From contig CM097885.1 in NCBI GenBank assembly GCA_044892525.1, forward strand, positions 52,764,001 to 52,828,000: 64,000 nt of DNA, in the 5' to 3' direction. Below are positions 1-13,816 of this stretch, one piece after another. Position 1 is the stretch's first letter, and each line of letters begins with the position of its first letter. Both the position numbers and the translations under genes were made by a program. The DNA comes from Schmidtea polychroa (taxonomy: Eukaryota). A model generated the notes under the pieces. It saw only the letters and a program-made list of their open reading frames with translations. It was not told the DNA's origin and made no database searches.

Positions 1-290
1 TATTTACAACCTTAGCCCCAAGTGAAAGATAAAGCCTGAGAAGCCTCCAATGAAGAACATAGTTCTCCTTTGGATAATGCGTGAGCATCAACTTCTCAAC
101 TTTTGAGTTAGGTGGGCACATCTTTTCCGGTCCAATCGGAAAGTCATTTAAAAAATCATGGAAATCAATCGGAATCTCGATATCAACTTCCATAGTATAT
201 CCATATGGAAGTGTTTCGATATCCGCAACATTCACACACTCATCCAAAACTTCATTCAAGCCATCATACACCCAAGTAAAATCACCATAG
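1..290 (-). pseudogene. Protein-primed DNA polymerase B of Polinton-1, part downstream of the 5-kb insertion
   Basis: Minus-strand translation YGDFTWVYDGLNEVL...GYTMEVDIEIP...HDFLNDFPIGPEK...KENYVLHWRLLRLYLSLGAKVV. Joins 5,323+ in frame once the insertion is removed. Confidence 0.9.
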
Positions 291-2352
291 TGTTGGGCTA
301 GAACTGATTTCTAGACCCAAACTTCTAATTGTGACTGAAATGTGTAGGTACACAACATGCAAAAAGCAAAAAGTATAGTTAAATATTGAAAAAATACACC
401 AAATAAACAATGGTAATTAAAGGAGAAAAAAACAAAAAATAAACACAGAAATTAAATAAAATTATACCAAAAGCAAGAAGTTATGCAAAAATCGAACTCA
501 AAAATAACCAAATAAACATAGAGTTACAAAAAACAGACTCGAATAACTTAAAAGACGGTAAAAACAGTAAAAAATTCCAGAAAAACCCAGAACATTCCAT
601 AAAAATGGCGATGACCATCACAAAAGCCATCTAGAATAATAAAAGTTAGGAAAATAAATAAATTAGTATTAAAAATAAAAAAATCTTAAAAGAAACTCAT
701 AAAACATCAGTTAAAATAAAAATAAAATTAAAATTAACATGGAATGTTCTGGAACCGTTCCAAATCCATCATGGACGTCAAATTAACGAAAAATAATTAA
801 AAAATAAAAGTTTAAAAATAAAAACAAAAATTATGGCACAAAAATTGCCATTAAAAATATCAAAATCGCAAAATAGAAAATTCTGGAATAAAAAGAATTC
901 GAGTTTGTTTTAATGCATCAATACATACACGTGTACAAAATAGGTATATATACCGACACGTTTCGGTCACAATTCAATCACTTTATGCCAAATTTTGATC
1001 CAGATTTTGTCAACGAAAGCAGTGAGTACTAATGCTTAATTTTTTATTATCATGTATCTATCGATGATTTATCTAAGTTAACATTAAAGTAGTTTTTTAT
1101 TTAGGTTTTTCTTTTAAAATTTTCAAGTGATGTACGAATGATCTGCGGCGTACTGGTATCCCTGCGTCGCTTTTCAGTCCTGCATCCAATTTAATTAAAC
1201 TTTTATAAGATAGCATGCAGACATGCATTATTGATATTATATTGATCTATATTATATGGTTCTTTTTGTTTGGGTCCTTCGGAGGTCGAACCACTTCATG
1301 GTCCTGCCATGGAGTTAAGTCGAGGAAACCCTCCGTCTGACTCTTCGTATTTATTAAAGGTCAGTCGTAAATGGTTGACTCACTATACAACATTAAGGTT
1401 TGTCCTAGTAGTCCCAGTGGGGCTACGAAAGCAATAATTCTTCCCGACTTTTTACGTAATACACAATTAACATCAACATTAAAAATCATAGACAACAACT
1501 CTACACTAAGATGATAATTTGAGTAGAACTCATACCTAAACTCACACAATTCTGCAATCACATTAATGTAGCTGGTTGATCAGTAATAGCAATTTCAGTT
1601 GTATTTAGACATACGCCGAATTAGATTTTGTAATAGAAGTTTATGGCAAAGTAATGAAAATGATAAAGATATTCGGCCTACGTCTGAGTAGAACTCAATT
1701 TGGATAGGCCTGTGAAGTAATTATAGAGTTAATGGATTCAACGTAAAAGTAGAGGTTATAAATCTAAAGATTACGAATCTATTAATCTAAGTTCCCACGT
1801 TAAAATATTCATAAATGGATAAATACTTAGTTATATTTTTTATAAATAATTATAAGAGCTTAGATATAATTATATTGATCTTAAAAATGTAAATCATTAA
1901 TGGATAAATCCCGATTAGAAATTATAGATTTTGCGTATAAAAATTTTTATAACTAATTATATATAAATGTAAAACTTCGGGAAATATAACTTATAAATAG
2001 TCACCAATAAACCTGAAAATTTTTGGAAAACTATATTGATCACATAAAAGTAACTCATAAGAAGTCATGTAAAGCTGACTAGAAGATCATAAATTGTAAA
2101 ATATAAAAATTATAGATTATAAAATATAAAATGATAAAGTATAAAATATAAAATCGTAAATTATTAAATATAAAATTATAAACTATAAAATATATAACTA
2201 GAAATTATAAAGTATAAATTTGTAAATGGTAAAATATAAAATTTTAAATTGTAAAACGGAAATTTATAACTTGCAAAAGGTAACATTCTAAATCATGGAA
2301 TATAAATTTCTAAATTGTGAAATACAAAATTATGACTTGTAGAATGTAAAAT

Positions 2353-2612
<260 letters not shown>

Positions 2613-3854
2613 TAAATTATCGGTTATACACAACTTAATTATTAGCACTAATCTTGTCCTTAGTGCATATAACTTAGTTATAGATATTCGTATAGTCATT
2701 GTGGAATATATTATATTAACTATGCAATCTGACCCTTAAATCCCGAACGAAAATCAGACATACAACTTTACTTATGAGTAGGTTCAATTAAAAGTGGGCG
2801 AAGTATATCAACCATAACTACTTCACTTTCATTAATACCAAATGACTCAGATGAAAATTTCGGGATTAGAAACACATTACAAATTAGCCAAAAATCTGTG
2901 TTTCTTTATATAAAAGCAAATTACGTGCAGATATTAAGAGTATTCTTCATTCATCGGCTTTAGTATATTCATCATGTTCAACGGTTCTTCACATTTATAA
3001 ATTCATTAAATATTACGACTTTTCGAATAAATTTGTGTACAATAATAACTGACCAATAAAATTTGATAATTGCAATAAAAATGGGACAAATAAAAATCTC
3101 ATATTGAAATGACAATAGAATATTGGAAAGCGCACATAATATAAACAAGTTAATCGCTGTTCGTGCAAGGCTACAAATCATCAATTGCAATTAAATAAAG
3201 ATTTAATATTAATTTTTGTTTCTAATAAATTAACTCACACCATCTTTATGGACACAAAATCATAATTTCTGGCCAAAAATCATAGAACGAGTTCCAGAAG
3301 TGAACCTCGATATCTCCGGCTAGGAAGAATAGTCGATAGTAGTCCCTGAATTAAAAATATAGGATGAATAGATAATTTACCGGGTTTCTAAAGGATGATT
3401 TCACCACCTATAACGAATACAACCAGGGGAAGAGCAAGTGAGCAAGAGATTGAACTCGTCACTAGTACCCTTCGCCTGGTGTAACCGCATTTAGTGGAAA
3501 TATTCATATTTACCTAAAATTACCTAAAAAGTCGAAAATTTCAATTTATAAAATTCAAATTACCAACTAGTGGTAAATAAAGGCTGAATGATTAAAATAA
3601 TAATTTAAAACAAACCAAAACTTTCGAACGTTAATGCTTAACTTTAATAAATTCTTCCTTAATTTAACTAGTTAAAAAGTATATTAAGAAATTATATCAA
3701 AAATTTTATGTTAGAAGTATTTACATTAATTATAGTAAATTTGGTAGTTAAAGTATTATTGATTTTAAACAAGAGAATTTCTGTATGTTTTATTGTGAAG
3801 TCAATTTACAAGTCACATTGGTTATGCATGGGTCTTAATATTTATACTACAGGC

Positions 3855-4220
3855 ATGTCCCAATCAGACGATTTCAGTGACGAGGAAACCCACCGGCAAA
3901 TGATTACCCGGCTCCGTACGCGGTACATTTGGTACCGCATCCACGACTGGAATCGTGGATTAGATCTTGAAAACTTCGGCCCCGTTATCCGAAGTGGCCC
4001 AGAACCAGATGCCCCGGCGTGGGTATAAACGGAGCCGGAGAACAATACACTAAGAGAGGCCCGCGATCAAGCGGCCAGTGATGTGGAAGCCGCTCAGGTC
4101 CGACTTAAGAAAATCGAATTGCAAATCCGGGCCAAGAGAAAGGGAGTGTCCCTAGAGGAACTCAAAGAAGCCGAGGCAACCCCACGCAAGAGAGGGAGGC
4201 CCCGCAAGCGTCAAGCATGA
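3855..4220 (+). pseudogene. Small AT-hook protein encoded inside copy A (one in-frame stop at 4,026-4,028)
   Basis: MSQSDDFS...RTRYIWYRIHDWN...AWV*TEPENN...ATPRKRGRPRKRQA*. The homologue at 59,512..59,757 shares RTRxIWxxIHxWN and RKRGRPRK. Confidence 0.7.
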
Positions 4221-4439
4221 TTATCCGATAACAATTAACTTGTTTTGATCGTTTCATTTATCGTGCATTCACTAATTAATTTTAGAAATCATTTAGTATG
4301 TATTATTTAAATAAAGTATTCTTTTCTGAGTTTTATAATGCTTGTAGTAAATTAAGCAAGCCCCAAAAATGTCGTAGCGGTAAAATTGATCGTTCTGATT
4401 CTGCTTGATATGAAGGAAATTAATAACCTTGTGTTTCAG

Positions 4440-4909
4440 TGTATAAGTTGATGGAAAATCTGTGCAAAGATCGGGAGCAGGCGCAAAAACAAGCCGACGA
4501 ACTCCGAGTCCGGGTTGATAGACTCAAAGGGAAATGCCGGGAGTTCGAGGGGACCTGGTTTAGTTCCGAGGCCATGAAAAAGAAGACGGCCCAGATTCTC
4601 CAGCTGCAGACACAAGCCGCCCAAGACCAAATGGAGATTCGCGCCCTAAAATTGCAGGTGCGCGCGCTCGAAACCGAGCGTAATGAACAATTTGTGCAAG
4701 AAGCCGCAGCAAGACAAATCCGGCCACTGACCGTCGAGCTGGCGGCGATATATCCTCCAGCCGCCGAAAGCAAACCTAAACGAAAGCGGCTTGGACGGAA
4801 CATTCGGGAAAAATTAAAGAAGGCCAGGTTGGCCGAGTACGAACGGCAAGCAAATTCATCGCAAGCGTTTACAACGGGGTTGGCCAGCTCTACCAACAAA
4901 CCGATTTGA
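4440..4909 (+). CDS. Coiled-coil/basic protein of unknown function, 3' exon inside copy A
   Basis: 156-aa ORF (KDREQAQ...GTWFS...EIRALKLQVR...IYPPA..KPKRKRLGR) preceded by a tttcag acceptor; clearly homologous to the ORFs in copies B and C. Confidence 0.75.
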
Positions 4910-5322
4910 ACTTTTATTCGGTTTTGTATATTTTTGTAGTATGTTTTGTATATTTTTGTAGTATTGAAATAATACATATTCTTGTGGTGTTAAAATAATA
5001 CATATTTTGTAGTATTAAAATAATGTCCGATATATTTTATGATTGCCTGAGAAATGAGAGTTTGTGCGTAAGGTTGGGAAAACAATTTTGATAAGGGACC
5101 GGAGGAAACCGGACACAAACCTTCTAACGGTAGTCCGTGAACCCATAGAGTACTCGACAATTATAGTGCCTTGATGCGCTCACTTTTTGCGAGTACTCAA
5201 CCCCTTGGTACAGTACCAACGTTGATTACTCAACGGGTACCAAGCGGAAGACACATGTTGTATTTTGGGTTACGCTGGTAACAGCATAAAATCGTAATTA
5301 ATCAACTACCAGTAACCCACCA

Positions 5323-7892
5323 ATAGGGAAGACTTTGGCTAAGAGCCCAACCATACAGATTATTTATATCAATATACAATAATTCTGTATCATCTGAAGC
5401 AGCCGTGTAATGTTTGTTAACAAATGTTAACCCACCCCGTATTCCTCCCTCGTAAAAATTGAAGATTTACATGTCCTGTAAAAGTTTTATGGGTTCCGTT
5501 AATGTCATAAGCACTGAGGCCCATGACATACCGGGAATTCCATAGAAATTTAAAGGTTCCAATCCATTGTATGCAATGGCATTGGCCCGGAATTGTTGAA
5601 AGTAATCAGCGAGTAGGAATACATCAAGTTTGAGGTAGGTTAACATATAGTCACGCAAATTTATACAGTTTTGCTGCGTCCAGATTAGTTGTGCCTTATC
5701 GTACTCATCTTCGCTAACACCAGACCAAATAGGAGGTAGTTCATATGTAGTCTCAAGAACATCAAATGAGGTAGCATAATCATACGGAAAAATACCTTTA
5801 CAGTCAACTATATAAAGAGCAATTAACAAATTGCATAGAATCTATAAATCTCACAGCCAATTTATTGATATGTACAATTAACGAAATAAATTTTTCGGTT
5901 GAGGTAGGAATTATGTTCAAGTCCCAAGATGGAAAGCCATTGAGACCATGTTTTAAAATATGGTGGAGGTCATAACCTCGTAAATTATGAAAGACAATAG
6001 GTAGTAGACGATAAATTCGACGAGCAACATTACATTTTCGGCAAGATGCCCCTAGATATTTACCAGAGAAATGACAGTGGTCTCTTACCGGATTTACTAT
6101 AGATTTTTTACATAAGTAGCAATTTCGACAAGATTTAAACTGACGTTCCTCAATGAAAGACATCGGTCCTATCAACTTATTACCTTCTATATCATAATAC
6201 GGTATCACAACAGTAGTAGCAATTTCCTCAACCTTTTTAAGAAAATCAGTAATACAGTCAAGGCCATAAAATTCAAAATATTGTTTAGTATTTTTATAAT
6301 TATTTATTAATAAAAGGCCTGCTGAACTAGGCATATGAATTTGATGATGACGAACATCAGGGGGTAAAACCGACTCAAAATTGGCATAAATTACAAAAAA
6401 ATTTTGAAATTCGAGATTTTTATTTGAGGGTAAAGTGTAAAGGGTTGTACCTGTCTGATTTTTGGCACATAATGCGACATGAATATTAAACGCGTTATCT
6501 AATCGGAACCCGTTAAGACAGTGTGGGCACCATTGACAACTTATTTGAACGTTACAGTCCGGGTTCCGATGGCAGTTCATTAGTCTATTGATATTGGTCA
6601 CAGCAGTATAATGATATCGATCCTTATTTTCTAATAATAACAAATAAATTGGGTTTCCGTCAGTGACCTTAGATCGATGGATAAGACTTAAATGAGGATG
6701 GTGAAAGACATAATTATCAGGGGTTTCATCGTCATCAATTGTTATAGTTGGAGTGTATGAAAGCACATTAATGGCTAATTTAAAATTTATGTTTTTCTTT
6801 TCAAATTTAGGAATGTTGATTAATTTCATGGGACAATCCGTGACTTCGTCATATTTTAATTCACTCAAAAATTCAGTGTATTTAGATACTCTTTGAGGAT
6901 TTTCACCTATTTGATCTTTCTTTAATAAGTAAAGAATGGAATACAAAAAGCATTTATCGTCGCTATTTTTGATGTTTAATATAGCTTTCTTATTTTTCAA
7001 TTCAGAAGAGGTTTTAATATATTGATGTCCTGCCAAGCGACTAATTGGTTCATATTTAGTGATAATAAAATGTATCTCAAGAATGTTGATAACGCGCCAT
7101 CCACTGCCTAAATAGGTAAATTGTTCAATTTTTTCATTTAGCTTATGAACCCCTTCGTTTAAAAAGTCATCAGAAAATGTCGTTGCATTATTAGAAAAGT
7201 AATTGTCACGGATTTCACCATCTTTTTCAAATCGAATTAATATCGCAAATTGAATTTTGACGCTCCCTATTTTATTAATTTCTTTTATTAATTTAGTTTT
7301 GATTTTATCTGTTAAAATTATTTTAATTAATTGCGCATCTGATACATCAAAACGTAAAGTCTTGATAGCGCCATTTAAATTTATTGTGATTAAGGGTTCA
7401 TTCTCTAAGGAAGAACCTCCAAATTGAATCAAATCATTATTTATAATATTTTCATTATTTATAATAGGTATAATTTCATTATTTACAATATTTTCGTTAT
7501 TTATAATTTCATTATTTACAATATTTATAGAGTCATCATCATCACTGATTTCGATGACTTCCTTTTTATTAATTTTATTAGGTACATTATTTTCTTTATT
7601 TTCAGCAGGTCTTTTATTTTTTGATGTTTTATTTTGTATAATATTTAAGATATCACAGTTATTTTTATTAATTTCCCTAAATAGGTCTTTTTTATTTACT
7701 TTAAAAGAATTTAAATGATTTGAATGTTGTTAAAAAAATTCTTTATATCTAACGCTCTGGGAAGTTTTGCATATGGGGCATATAAAAAAGTTGATGCCAT
7801 TAAATTTATGCATGTAATATTTTTTCATGTTTTTATAGCATGAAATACCATGACCGAATGACGACATGCAATATCTTGGGTAAAAAGAACCT
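5323..7892 (-). pseudogene. pPolB of Polinton-1, N-terminal to palm region (frameshift and stops)
   Basis: ORFs 5804..7432 and 5467..5829 contain GSGW, DxxCFxYS, EndoVII-like CYLC..RDHCH..G..CxxCN, FHNLRGYD, RFIDS, KGIFPYDY, YLKLDVFLLAD, then GIRGG and YIDINNLY. A CxxC/His region lies at ~7,700-7,890 after an AG acceptor. Confidence 0.92.
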
Positions 7893-8143
7893 GATAAAAA
7901 ATATATATATATATAAATTAATTTTTAAAAATTAATTCATTAACATATAAATAATAATAAAAAATCAAATATCGCAATGTCGATATTTTGATGTTATTAT
8001 CATTCATTATTATACAATTCTTTGTAATGAAAACTTGTATAATAATAAATGTTAATACTTAACTATTTAAGGTCATGTCTTTGTTATAACTTGCACGTGT
8101 ATTGGATGAGCACTGCATTTTCAGCATAATATTTTCTTCATTT

Positions 8144-8210
<67 letters not shown>

Positions 8211-8715
8211 GAGAGATGTATCTGCATGCTGACTGCAGACTACATTAAATGGGGGGCAAATTACTATTAATATATTTGAGAGAATTGTAGCTGCATGCTG
8301 ACTGCAGACTACAAGGTATATTAATATATATTATCATTATTAATATTATCATTATTAATATTATTATTTAAACTAATGTAGATGCTCATTGCAAACTACA
8401 AGGAATAGATATTGTTTCTTAAACACTTTTTTAAACATTTTCATAATATTTTCTTCATTTTCTTCATCATAATATTTTCATCATTTCATCATAATATTTT
8501 CATCATTTTTTTCATCATAATATTTTCATCATTTTCATCATTTCTTCCTCATAATATTTTCATCATTTAGTCATCATAACATTTTCAATTTCATCATAAT
8601 ATTTTCTTCATTTTCATAATAAGTTTTTATAAATAAGTTTTTAAGAAAATGTTTAAAAAGTATTTAAGAAATTTAGAAGGTTTTTAAAAAATAAATATAT
8701 AAAAATAAATAAATA

Positions 8716-9186
8716 CTAACATCGTGATTCCATGTCGGAATCAGATTCATTATCAGCTACCTCCTCAATAGAAGTGAGGGCATTTTTCACATTGTTTTCC
8801 TCATCATTATTAATTGGGGCATCTGCATCCAAGTCGACATTTAACTCTAAAATGTTTTTTAAAAATAATTTACTAAAATAAAATAAATTTACTTTGTTTA
8901 TTGAAAACATTACAAGAAACTGGGCCATTAGTTTGCCCAATAAATACGACATCATCGTCGTCATCGCTAATACAAATCGGATCTAAATGAAAAATTAATT
9001 TTATAAACAGTAAAAATATTAAAATTACCAAAAATCTTATCCACATGCAGAATTCTTTCGTCCTCAGTAACTTGATACCAATCGAACACATCTAAAAAAT
9101 AAAGAATAAAATATAATAAATAAATAAATAATAAAATTACCACTAGTCAATAGACTTCTTAATATGTTGTTGTTATTGTTTGCCAT
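8716..9186 (-). CDS. 4-exon acidic Polinton protein (109 aa) with tandem SUMO-interacting-motif-like sequence
   Basis: Exons 9186-9141, 9091-9029, 8982-8893 and 8846-8716, joined by three phase-1 GT-AG introns (46-49 nt), give an open 330-nt frame containing PICISDDDDDVVFIG. Confidence 0.75.
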
Positions 9187-9494
9187 TATGCGAAATTTTA
9201 ATCGTTGAAATTTAGAATTTGAAATTTTTTAAAAACAAATTTTAGATTTGTAAATGTTTATAAAGAGAATGAATATTTTCCTGTCCCAGCCAATGAGAAT
9301 TTAGACACACACATAGAAACCAATCATATTACATCTACACATGCATGCATGCATTGGTAATCACATTGAAATTTCATGTGACTGCCTTTGTTAGTCATGT
9401 CTTTGTTAACATGCACTGTGCATGCTCCATGCATGTGATGTCTTTATGACAAAATAATAATAATATTTATCTAAATAATAATAAACCTAATTTA

Positions 9495-9495
9495 A

Positions 9496-9577
<82 letters not shown>

Positions 9578-9580
9578 TTA
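9495..9580. repeat. (AAT)n microsatellite
   Basis: Read directly; similar tracts at ~8,147-8,207, ~19,915-20,050, ~20,150-20,230 and ~55,630-55,755. Confidence 0.95.
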
Positions 9581-9613
9581 ATAATCACAACAACAAAGGA
9601 AAGGATACATTTA

Positions 9614-9945
9614 TTAAACATCAAATTTTTTATACAACAACCAAGCTAAACAATGTTGACCACATGTTTGGGTCAATGGATTTTGAAACATAGTTTTATT
9701 ATACACAATTGGTTTCCCCATTGTTTGTAGTTTTGATATCAACAAAGCCGGGTAATAAAAACCCATAGGATCGAACACGAATATATTACCAGGTTTCACA
9801 TATATAGCTATCCAATGTTCTCCACCAAGATGAGACGATTGAGTATTGACGATTATTGCTTGATTATTGCTCAAATATGGAATTTTATCAAGAGGAAAAA
9901 CACCTATAAATTCATTTCCCAATATTTGTTTTCCAATTCGATTAA
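9614..9945 (-). CDS. Adenain-like cysteine (maturation) protease of Polinton-1, N-terminus probably lost
   Basis: GVFPLDKIP...IVNTQ...GEHWIAI...FDPMG...QNPLTQTCGQHC gives the H/D/Q/C catalytic pattern. Confidence 0.88.
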
Positions 9946-10682
9946 CCTTTAGCAATAGCGAATTGTACAATTTCCTTTGTTTTTAATGGATAAATTGCAT
10001 GTTTTGAATTAAGACCAAATTGATGACCAGCTAATACTGAGGGGTCTACTCGAACTCTTCTCACCAATAATTTTGCATCAACTAATTGACATATTGGTGC
10101 ACCATTTGCACTAGTAAGAGATAATGCAGAATCAGACGTTTTCAGTCTAATATGTACATTAACTCCCGGTAGTAAATATTTCGGTTGATCCATAAAATCG
10201 AGTTGTAATGATGAGCACATGATGAATGTTTTTGAGCCTTTAATCCACTTTTTTCTTTCATCATCTGCTGCTGCATAACCCATAGGAGTAAGGCATGTAT
10301 TTTTAGTATCGGAATTGTAATTTAAAATAGTTTCTATCAAAGCCTTGTGAATGAATGTATTATTTCCACCCTCAATCTTGATATTATTAAATCCCAACAC
10401 TGCATCCTTAAACAGAGTATGAAACAGGAAATTGTTCGGTATTACATCTGCATTGGCATCTAAAACTTTTCTATCTTTATCTACAACCTTTATCTGAACA
10501 GTCAATAAAGTATCGTTCAAATCTAAATATTCAGTTTGCGAACCATTAATATAAAACTCGATATCATTTATACTATCGGTAATTGAATTCATAGGAAAAA
10601 CTTCCTCAAAAGCCCCAAATTCTATTACAGCCTGGGGCGATGGTCTATCAAATATACATAATTCAGATTTACCACAAATCAT
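9942..10682 (-). pseudogene. Major capsid protein (double jelly-roll hexon), only the N-terminal ~246 aa remain
   Basis: KSELCIF...IEFYI.GS..EYLDLNDT...NFLFHTLF...DFMDQPKYLLPGV...AIYP. The sequence then runs abruptly into the protease gene, implying a deletion. Confidence 0.85.
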
Positions 10683-11053
10683 TTTGCAAATATAGTTCCA
10701 TGTCCTTTCATTCGTTTGTTTATACGTGATATTCCATGTCTTTTACGTTTTGGAGCATGAGCTGGAGCTGGAGCTGGAGGTTTTTCTTTTTGAAACATAC
10801 CTGCAACCCCTGGTAAAACTTTCCCTAATTCAGCTAAAGCATTTGTTTTTAGAGATGGTAATATTATCTGTTCATTCATAATAACGTCTTTTGCAGTTTT
10901 CATACCAAAACTACCAATACGTTTAAGAATAGGCAATGCAAATCTACCAATTGTTCTCAACCATCCCGATCCGTACTGTTTACCAATAAAATATGGTAAT
11001 TCTCCACCAGATTGGCTACCACTATACATACTAATAATATCAGAATTTGCCAT
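10679..11053 (-). CDS. Small virion core/membrane-active protein with GxG protease-site motifs and an amphipathic helix
   Basis: QSGGELPYFIGKQYGSGWLRTIGRFALPILKRIG...MKGHGTIF; sits between penton and hexon as in other Polintons. Confidence 0.65.
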   Translation of the reverse strand: MANSDIISMYSGSQSGGELPYFIGKQYGSGWLRTIGRFALPILKRIGSFGMKTAKDVIMNEQIILPSLKTNALAELGKVLPGVAGMFQKEKPPAPAPAHAPKRKRHGISRINKRMKGHGTIFAK

Positions 11054-11054
11054 C

Positions 11055-12058
11055 TACTTTACGAAAATGTAATGTCAAATGAGTTTTTTAACCTTTTGGA
11101 AAGTTTATAAGTTTTCCACTATCATCACGAATATTTATTTCTATATTGTTTATACATGAACTTGCTATTGGTAAATACATGGGATTATCGATATTTATAT
11201 TGACAAATTCATCATGTTCATATTTGCCAATCCATACCGATTTCAAAAGAGGAACACTGGAATCACCAACAATTATGGGTTCGATAATGTTAGTATATAT
11301 GAACATTTATTGATGATGTTCTAGTATTCTTTGTTTGCGTATACCAGTCGATTTTTCTCGATATTTTTGCTTATCTAATCCAAATGAATTTGCCAAATCT
11401 TTATCAAATGTAACTTCGCAAATATCATCATTCAAACTGAAGGTAAACATCAAATCTTTCACAATTTCCAAATTTTTAAATATGTGTGAACAATTGAACT
11501 TTAAATATTTAAGTAAATCATCAAGTTTATCAAAATATAATTCATCAGCAAAGGTAAATGATTCTTCAACTTCATCATTATACGACACAGATATTTTGAT
11601 TTCTTCTTTCAATATACTGTTTGCTTCAAATAGATTAAAACGTAATAAATACTCGGTCTCCGTAACAATATTTTTCAACTTATTGCAACCCATTCGTTTG
11701 GCATCTTCAATAGTTTCGAATGTTATTGTAAATGGTTTAAAATCACAACTGATATTTAATCCATCTTTTTAAAACATATAGCAATGCGAATCTAATATTT
11801 GATTCGGAATATGATATGTTTTATCATAATTACTGATAACAAAGATACCGCTACATGTTTTCACAATATTCCTTTTGAAATCAATCTTACATTGACTATA
11901 AAATGGGAATGTGTTGTACACAAATGTAAAATCTTGCAGTGCAACTTCCCAGTCCCCATTTAAAGAAATCGGATTCTGGAGATTGACCATGAATTTACTG
12001 GCTTGATTATCTGGATGAATTAATGGGCAACTATTGCTCGGCAAAATAGTATAAAAAT

Positions 12059-12075
<17 letters not shown>
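11055..12075 (-). pseudogene. Minor capsid protein (penton), broken into three ORFs
   Basis: FYTILPSNS....PDN..SKF.V.L..PI.L.GDWEVAL at the N-terminus; FIYTNIIEP.IVGD...PLL...PMYLP.....NNIEINIRD..G..I.F...LTLHFR at the C-terminus. Confidence 0.85.
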
Positions 12076-13207
<1,132 letters not shown>

Positions 13208-13269
13208 TACAGCAAGAAGATTTAAAATTAAATTTAATGTCAGGCAATGAAGGATTAGCACCCATTGTT

Positions 13270-13801
13270 TATGATTATTTCCTACTACTCCACCTAATAA
13301 TGATAATGCCAGAGAGATCAATGCACCAATAAATCCACCTTGTTGTTTATATATAATTTTCCTCTTTTGCTTACGATTTTTATTATTTACTAATGATAAC
13401 AAAGGTTTCCTATGTTTGCTCAATAAATGCTTTTTTGATTTACTGATTTTAATTTTTCCTTTGACTACTTTAAATAAAATATTGAGTAAATCATCGACAA
13501 CAAAATTTGGGAATGATTGCAATAGATTCATTCTTTTCATACTCGGGGCCTTTAACAATGCATTAAAAAATGGAAAACTGCGATGATTTTTAACTACTTT
13601 TTTACTGATTTTACGTTTACTGGTTTTACGTTTAGGTTTAGGATTTTTCGAAATAAGATTCATTGCAGAGAAATTTTCAGTTACAAGTTTTTTAGATGGT
13701 GTATAACTAGTTGTTGGTGGAACTTTTGGAACTTTAATACTCTTTTTAATACTTTTTCTTAATTTCCTAATATTTTTCACCCTTGCTTTTAAAAACATCA
13801 T
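13270..13801 (-). CDS. Basic Polinton core protein(s) ending in a QxGGF motif
   Basis: Lys/Arg-rich ORF ending KQQGGFIGALISLALSLLGG; in frame with the integrase in the ORF track but probably a separate gene. Confidence 0.65.
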
Positions 13802-13816
13802 TATTCATAGAGGTTT

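Noticed and set aside
4420..4977. Antisense ORFs over coding regions (also 11335..11772, 23444..23845, 38391..38762)
   Set aside because: Shadow frames of better-supported genes on the opposite strand.
8873..9091. Cys-containing or RING-like 72-aa ORF
   Set aside because: Reads through introns of the 4-exon gene in mixed frames; no RING spacing.
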